From: Trichosphaerium sp. ATCC 40318
Lineage: Eukaryota > Protista > Tubulinea
Assembly (NCBI GenBank): GCA_038496445.1
Contig: JALMLS010000135.1
Span: forward strand, 1 to 32,413
Direction: 5' to 3'
DNA: 32,413 nucleotides
Shown here: positions 24,952 through 32,413 of the stretch, in pieces
How positions within the stretch are numbered: position 1 is the stretch's first letter
Layout of the letters: each line of letters starts with the position of its first letter
Made by a program: the position numbers and the translations under genes
The notes under the pieces: model-generated
The model's database searches: none
What the model was told of the DNA's origin: nothing
The model's input: only the letters and a program-made list of their open reading frames with translations

Positions 24952-25542
24952 ATGGGACTAAAGAACTCACGTGAAAGTATCATTTTGGCAATACCTTTAG
25001 AGCTTCAGCACATGATAATCTCACTAGACACGGAAGTATACCTAAAATGGCCGTTATTAAACCACCAAACAGCAACAACATCAAGATATGACTATATACT
25101 AGAAAAGAATGGTGTTTTCCTTAAATTCTCGTATTATCGAGTTTTAAAGTCACGCACGTGCTTTCAAAATGGTGTATTACATGGTAGGCATGAGACATGG
25201 TATGTTACGCATAGAGACGGTAAACTATGGGATAAAGAACATGCTATTGCCAAGAAAACTTGTTGTTCCTATAAAAATGGGAAATTGGATGGAGAATATA
25301 CTTCTTGGCATCGTAATGGTAACATGTCTTGTCAATGTACTTACAAGAATGGTTTACGAGAAGGCGAGTTTAAGAGATGGCATTCGAATGGTAGTGTTAA
25401 TGAGTTTTTCGAATGTGTCAATGGCGAGCCAGATGGAGATTATAGAAGGTGGTATCCTGATGGAGTTATAGATATTCATTCGTTCTATCGAAATGGAAAG
25501 TGTGTAAAGGTCTTTGAAATGAATAAATTGCCCTATAAGTAG
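24952..25542 (+). CDS. Intronless F-box-like motif + MORN-variant repeat protein
   Basis: ATG-to-TAG ORF of 196 aa. ILAIPLELQHMII, then repeated YKNGKLDGEYTSWHRNG / YKNGLREGEFKRWHSNG / VNGEPDGDYRRWYPDG units. Confidence 0.88.
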   Translation: MGLKNSRESIILAIPLELQHMIISLDTEVYLKWPLLNHQTATTSRYDYILEKNGVFLKFSYYRVLKSRTCFQNGVLHGRHETWYVTHRDGKLWDKEHAIAKKTCCSYKNGKLDGEYTSWHRNGNMSCQCTYKNGLREGEFKRWHSNGSVNEFFECVNGEPDGDYRRWYPDGVIDIHSFYRNGKCVKVFEMNKLPYK

Positions 25543-26321
25543 GTTTCTTCCTTAACAATTAATGGAACACCCATATACATTAAGGATACGAAAATTCCTG
25601 CCATACCTTGGAGTGTTAATATCCTACAAACAAGTCAGTAATAATACCATCTTGGTGATTGTTATGGTACATTTCAATCAAAAGGCTTTTTTAGCTGTAA
25701 ATATTTTACTATTACCAGAATTCTATATAGATAACTCGCTATTCTTAAAGGACTTCATTGGCAGGTTCTTGTGTGCTATCCACAGGGTGTATCCAGAACT
25801 TGTCATGTTACCAATAGAAAGCATTATTGTTTGAATGTAAGCAAACAATGAGCTTCCTTTATGTAATAAACAGATTCTCCTTACATGTTTTGCAACAGTA
25901 CACATCATGCAGTGCGTAGGTTACCGAGTAAACTTTGGCTTCCTCCCAAAAGCCGTCTATCGATCTAATACGGTAGAAATTCCTTGCGAACAAAATATAT
26001 CATATTATTATTTCGTTTGGAACCTTATACGACAGTCTCTACTCTATTTCTCACCGCTTTAGCAGTACATGAGAAACTCCAGATATTATCACTCAAAAGT
26101 TGGAATGCGTACTTCTACGAAGAAATCACGTGATACCTTTTTTACGCTAATTTTTTTTCGCGAATAGAAATCAATACAAGTATTAACTCTCCGCGAGATT
26201 AACATATTTATCCTTACGTCCAACCATTAACAGCGTTACGGTAAACTGTTTACCGTACACACTAACAATCATCATACTTTCCGGTGTAATTTTAAAACAA
26301 CTACGCTAGTGACAACGCGTT

Positions 26322-29300
26322 ATGGCGGAAACACCAGGCAAAGAAAACCCAAATAATGCGACAGATTTACTCCACGCAGGTAACAGCAGGAAATACATTA
26401 ATTCTTTCTCATGGCTTGACTGTAGTGCGTACTGGGGATATTAAAATGGTTTCGTCAACTTTACTAAAGGCGGATTCGAATAGTGATATTGATACTCTTG
26501 ATATTAAAACTGGAGAAACAGCTTTACATTGTGCAGGTAATATCAGCGTCACACGTGATTGCGAATAAGTAAACTTATTTTTTTGTATTTTGTTAGCCAA
26601 AGAAGGATACAGTTTAATTGTATCTGCATTACTAAACGCAAATGCAAATATTGATGTTGTTGATAACCGCAAATTGACACCTTTGATGTGGGCGGGTAAC
26701 ATATCAGGTGAGATACAACGTTAACTCATCATTGATTAGCACAAAATGGACACAATGAAGTTGTATCAATACTAATCAAAGCCAATGCAAATGTTAATGC
26801 TGTTGATGAAGATGGATGGACAGCTTTGATGTATGCAGGTAATAATATCACAGATACAATGTGCAACTCACATCGCCATTTAGAACAAAAAGAAACTGTA
26901 TCCTTACTAATCAAAGCCGATGCTGACGTCAATGCTGTTGATAAAGACGAAAACTCAGTTTTACTTAATACAGGTAATATTGTTGTGTCATAACTGCAGC
27001 TTGCTCAATTGCCTTAGTGTACGGATGCAGACCATGTACAGTAGAAATTGTGTCAATGTTGATTGCAGCAAAGGCCAATGTTGATGCTACTAACAAACGA
27101 GGAGAGACAGCTTTACTTTGTGCAGGTGAAAGTCACAAGTTTTTCTTAACTTAAACAAGTCACACTTTCTTTTAGCTCAATACGGTAACACCAGTATTGT
27201 TTCCGTGTTAATAAAAGTAAACGCAAATATAGAAGTTGCTGATAAAAAATATGGCAAAACAGCTTTACTTTATGCAGGTAACGTGCTACAAAAAGTATTT
27301 TACACTTATTTTATTTGTTTGTAAAAAAAATGCTTGCTCTTATAGTATTTTCGCATCCATCAGTGCATTTAATGAGTAAAAATCTTCTTTTGCACTCACG
27401 CGACAGTACCAACAGCCACCAACAAAACTAGCGAGAAAAAACCTTACCTTTTTATACTTTGTGGTTGGGTGTAGAGTAGTACACGTACATTCCCCAAATA
27501 TTCCTCAAATTCTACATTCTAAATGACGTTCTCATTTTTGCTTTAGCTGAGAACAACGGTGATAAGTTTACTGAAATTTGTTCACTGTTATTAAATGTAA
27601 AAGCGAATGTTGATGTTGTTGATAAAGATGGCAAAACAGCTTTACTTTATGCAGGTAACGTCACTTCAAATACCATTCAAAACAATTGATTGACAACCTA
27701 TAGTGGAATGTAGTAACAACAAAGTCATTTCAATGCTAATCGGAGCAGGCGCAAACACCGAAATTGGAGTTGATAAATACGGAAACACAGCTTTACTTTA
27801 CGCAGGTAATACCACAACAGTCTGTACAACAGCTGTCACTCACCCTACAATAAAGCAAGTAGTCGAAACTCAGAAGCTGTGGCAATGTTAATTGAAGCAA
27901 AAGCAAACGTAAACGCTGCCACAAAACAAGGTGAAACAGCTTTATATTTTGCAGGTAACTGTGCTTAACCCACATAAATTCCAACTCACGTTTCCTTTAA
28001 GTGCAGTATAGTGAAGATGTTTTTGACATTTCAATGTTGCTAGCAGCAAAAGCAAATACTGAAGTTGTTGATTCATATGGAAATACGCCCTTAATTCTAT
28101 CAGGTAACATGTCAAGTTCTTATCCAATTAATTTCGGTTAACTTATGTTGCCTGTAGTACAACAGGGATATAAAGAAAGGGTTTCAATGTTAATTCAAGC
28201 GAATGCAAATATCGACGCAAAGGATAAAGAAGGAAATACAGCTTTACATATAGCAGGTGGCACAACAGAATAAAAACTAGCGGCTGATACTGATATTTTC
28301 CTTTAGTCCTCTATTCTCACCTTAAAGTTTTATCAATGCTGGTAAAAGCAAATGCCAATATTGATGCCACCAACAACGAGGGAGAGACTCCTTTGATCTA
28401 TGCAGGTACCTTTGTATCACACGATAGACAAAACTTTTTTTTGAAACTCACTTTATTTTTAGCACGTTTAAGTCTTAGGAGTAGTTGTGAGGTGATGTCA
28501 ATCTTGATCGCAGGAAATGCAAACATTGACGCAGCTGATAATGACGGAAATACAGCTTTATTTCATGCAGGTAACGTGACAGTCGTAAATAGTCTACAAG
28601 AACTAACATTGCTGTAGTTAAAGAATATAACAATAAAGTTGTGTCTATGTTAATAAAAGCAAACGCCACTATTGACATAGCTAATAATAAAGGAGAGACA
28701 CCTCTACTTTATGCAGGTGATGTAACAAGATATTAATATAGACTGTAACTCACTTCTTTCTACAGCGCATGCGGGCTTGAATGCAGTTGTGATGCTACTC
28801 AAAGCAATGGCAAATATTGCACCTATCAGCTTTGATGAAGAAACTCTTAATCACGGTGTGTTCGCCACTTGTTTGTAAATTGACCGAGGACTTATTTTGT
28901 GTTTAGATTCAGGAATAATGACTTCATTATTCTTCACTTTACTAAAAGAAACTGGCGGCATTTTGCCGTCTACAAAACTTTGGCAAGACTTTTTTCGAGT
29001 ACTGTTAATCAACATGATTCACTTACAAGAATCTGGGTCTGTTGAGTTGTTCATTAATGTTTTAAAACTCCTACCATATTTTCAACAATCACGTGATCTA
29101 TGGCTCTCTTGTTCATACTTCAAAAGCAAACATAAATCAAGCAGAGATAGAGAGTTAACAGCGGCAGATATTAATACATGGCTGCAACAATTGGTATGCT
29201 AAGAATATACAGTACCTACTAATACATGCCCAGCCAACACGTTCTTATTTTGAACTGGCAATGGTAAAAGGTATTTGTCATTTAATTTGTACAATATGTG

Positions 29301-31146
29301 ATCCCAAGCTTGCATTTTCGCAAGTACGTTACCTGATAATAACACACAAACCAGAAAATCATTCAACAATATCTTCCTAACACTTGTTTTTTTTTTCTCC
29401 TCAGGATTTTTGGAAAGGGGACGGAGAATTAATGAAAGGTATTCTTTACGACCTTCCTAAAGACATGTGGGGTGATAATTCAGAGCAATATGACGATTTA
29501 GAAGCTACCAAATGCATTACAGGTAGGAAGTTAGTGTTTTGTACCTAGTTTTGTTTACAACAAACTGTAAGGATTAAAAAGCAAACGCAGATGGGATATA
29601 AATCCACGACTGAATTACTCATACAATTGGGACAGATCTAAAGTCACGTGCGTTCAATATTGTTGTATTTATTTTTAACTATGTAATTTTTTTTTAAGTG
29701 GGTTTGTATCAAATGCGACTCATTACAGAACACTGAACCTTCTTGATACAAATGATAAAGTAGCTGTAAGAGAATTAAACATCCTAAAACAAGAATTGTC
29801 AACAATGCATGGTTTCAACAAATACAATCTTGTAGAAGCAACTCTAGTTTGTAACGATATCTTGACTGAAACCTTTGGAAGAGCCAACAAACTATTGAAA
29901 TACAGACATCAGTACGATATCCAAAAGAACAAATTATGGTATTGATTGCCCTTGTAATTCTAACCTCTATTTAAAGGGATCTACCAAGCTTGTTTAAAAA
30001 GCAGGAATGGAAGGAAGATAATATTAATAAGGATTACAGAGATGCTGTTTACCAAAAGTATGAGGCACTCGCTCCACAAAATGGATCAACTGATGCTGAT
30101 GACGCTTCAGCAGTAGATGTAAGTAGTCCTGCTCAAATCGTGCTTACAATCTTGTTTTTAGTTACCAGTGATATTGATGGTACATGGAACTAGTGAAGAA
30201 GCAGCGTACAGTATTGTAGCAGCTGGTTTTGGGACTGTGAGCTCTTTGGATGCTGGTTACTATGGTCAAGGCATTTACTTCACTGTACGCTAAACAAAAC
30301 CGTTTAAATTATGCACGTGCTCACATTTTTCTTTGAATATCAGAGGAGTATCAAATACGCTTGTTCATATGATGCCTCAGGAAAAGGAGAAAATACCCTT
30401 ATCCTAAGTTTTGTCACGCCTGGCAATACATATCCTGTAAGTAATCAACATATATAGCCACGTTAACTTTTTTATCTTAAGGTCCATTCAAATGACGTCT
30501 TAAGAGGGAACCCAATAAAGCCAGGATACCAAAGCCATTACGCGTTGGTAGACCACTCAGGTAAACCTCTGAAAGAAGGGAAACTAAAAACAGCAGTGTA
30601 CGATGAGCTTGTTGTTGCACAAGGTACAATCAAGAAACAAATGGTATTTATTTAGTTCTTACTTATGATGAGTTCAGATAATCAAACCATTGCTCGTTAC
30701 ATCATCAAAGTGGTACCGAAAAGGAAAGACATCGAGCCAAAGAAAAGCGATAGAGCCATGAAGAAGAATATAAACATAAATAAACCAAATGAACAGGTTG
30801 TGTCTGGTAATAATTCAGATGACTCAGATGACGTATACAATTCTGATGACGACAACTTCATTAGTAGCCGGTAAGAATTACACTTCTATTCTTTTTGCTA
30901 ATTGGCAATACAAGAAAACTATGGGCTTCTCATGTAGAGCCTGATGAAGAAGAGTCAAACAATAATCTCAATACCGAACAAAAACCAAGTAATGAGGATC
31001 TGGAGCAAGCCAACAGAAACTTATCCCATAGTATTGCAAATCAGAAAAAATACATTGCTGAGTTACAAGAAACCAACAATAACTTACAAGCAAGGCTTGC
31101 TGAAGTACTGGATAAAATAGCTCGTCTTGAAACTGGGAAGAATTAA
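26322..31146 (+). CDS. Ankyrin-repeat PARP-family ADP-ribosyltransferase with C-terminal coiled coil (26 exons, 1063 aa by manual splicing)
   Basis: All 25 introns are GT-AG and the joined frame has no stop from ATG 26322 to TAA 31146. About 15 ankyrin units. Exons 30162-30284, 30344-30436, 30482-30623 and 30678-30870 give MVHGTSEEAAYSIVAAGF...AGYYGQGIYFTRSIKYACSY...YDELVVAQDNQTIARYII. An acidic linker and heptad-rich tail follow. Confidence 0.92.
26426..28855 (+). repeat. Tandem exon-intron array, one ankyrin-repeat unit per phase-1/phase-1 exon
   Basis: Exons 26426-26536, 26597-26695, 26740-26838, 26884-26973, 27018-27125, 27176-27277, 27547-27654, 27704-27805, 27856-27954, 28002-28103, 28158-28256, 28307-28405, 28463-28570, 28618-28716, 28766-28855. 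Most end ACAGCTTTA.....GCAG|gtaa. Confidence 0.93.
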
Positions 31147-31914
31147 CTAAATCGTGTTACTGAGCAGAACAATAAACAACAGTATAGAAACGCTCGTGGT
31201 AGGAATTGCTAAATGTTTCGTTTTACATACAACAATCTTATGTGATAGTTAAATTTGTAGCAGCTCACTTGTTTGAGTCGTTGACTTCGATAATCTTAGA
31301 TAGATAAAATTTTATTGTGTCCTTTGAAACTAAACAATTGAGTCGGTTATAACAAATGAAACCATTTTTCAATAGTTACGTAAGCGATTCAAGTAACACT
31401 GTAAGTTTAATATCAATGTTTGGTTTCACATTCAACAATCTCACATACCCACGTACAGCTGGGTTTATATATTTGTATCACGTGATAAGTGAAAGTTTTA
31501 CACTGACTAGGATGGCAACAGTAGCTAGTGGAATTGACCTGGACGAGGCCTTTTTGTTCTCAGTGTTCGGCCAGTACTGTGCAATGACAACCTTAGCTTC
31601 ACCTGATACAGTGAATAGCTGTGCGAACTATGTATCCGCTTTACAAGATCAGATCACAACATAGATTGTTCACAGCAAGAACAGAAAGGCATCATCCCAA
31701 TATAGGAGTATGTTGACGAGTTCTGGTCGTTGCCACAGCCCTACTCTACCCACTATTCTATCATGTACGTTCAACACTATCTACTCATATAAGATAAAAT
31801 GCCAACAATTTATACAACAACAGTTTTGTTTTCTTTCTTTTACGAAATGGTTTTTGTCACGTGTTGACAAGGTATGTTTTTGTGATAATGGACTACATTA
31901 TTGACTTAGTTTGT

Positions 31915-32232
31915 ATAGGTGACTACTGCTATTAGGGACATGCATCCAATGCTTGTATCACTTGTTAAAGCTTAATGTTTGTACTGGTTGTTTCTGCAGC
32001 TCAAAGAATGTTTGAGCTTTCTCAATATCCGCGGATTTCTGAGACTATTATGATGCATATCATCATATCTATGTCGACTGAATATGAGCATGAAGTAAAC
32101 AAACCATCATCCTTTACAATGCAAATCTCAGGTACTGTGATATCTGGAACTGTTGTGTCAGGGTGCTTGCGTGTAAGAGACAAAGTTACAATCACTCCTA
32201 CTCGATTTAACACTAGAATAACACTCACGTAG
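31915..32232 (+). pseudogene. Possible degenerate translational-GTPase (EF-1alpha/HBS1/eRF3-like) fragment
   Basis: VLVVSAAQRMFE resembles the EF1A-family AVLVVAAxxGEFE segment, and VNKP...GTVVSGCLRVRDKVTITP resembles domain II. Stops lie upstream, no P-loop or NKxD was found, and the spacing is too short for an intact protein. Confidence 0.3.
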
Positions 32233-32413
32233 CCTTTGAGATGCTCTCGTTTTAGACATATCCATAAGTTTAGTGGGAGATGGCCTAAAAACTCAAGGAT
32301 CATGACAACATATAGTGGTCATTTCCCAATGAATTCGTGGTATTAAGAGGTATACATACGTATGTAATATGAACATATTTGGATAGTTAAGTCACCAACT
32401 TTGGATCTAGCTA

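Noticed and set aside
25562-25834. 90-aa ATG ORF directly after the second MORN gene
   Set aside because: No recognisable motif or independent coding evidence.
26426-28855. Regularly spaced conserved motif (ACAGCTTTACTTTATGCAGGTAAC-like) with variable spacers, superficially CRISPR-like
   Set aside because: The motifs are degenerate exon ends plus splice donors, the spacers are introns plus ankyrin coding sequence, and no cas genes are present.
31356-31664. 102-aa ATG ORF
   Set aside because: No recognisable motif or splice support, so it cannot be told apart from a chance ORF.

Overview
AT-rich (by eye about one-third GC) eukaryotic DNA, densely packed with genes broken by short (mostly 40-100 nt) spliceosomal introns, so the ORF track shows only fragments. 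Gene content suggests a free-living protist, most plausibly an amoebozoan (inference). All gene models were spliced by hand. In order: an inward-rectifier K+ channel; a CLASP_N/TOG-domain protein; a small multi-TM protein; a hypothetical protein; a GT37-like fucosyltransferase; a 96-aa protein with a SHOCT-like tail; an F-box-like + MORN-variant repeat protein; a multi-TM / degenerate histidine kinase / four receiver-like / class IIIb adenylyl cyclase gene (AcrA/CyaC-like); an intron-containing but decaying gene of bacterial type (CBM6-DUF5060-glycoside-hydrolase-like); a second F-box-like + MORN-variant gene; a 26-exon ankyrin-PARP gene; and a possible translational-GTPase relic. The top candidate system is the ankyrin-PARP gene (26322-31146): 15 consecutive frame-symmetric exons each carry one ankyrin-repeat unit, upstream of a PARP-type ADP-ribosyltransferase domain with an intact H-Y-E triad that is invisible in the ORF track. 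Also notable: the palindrome CACGTG occurs 32 times, roughly ten times the base-composition expectation.
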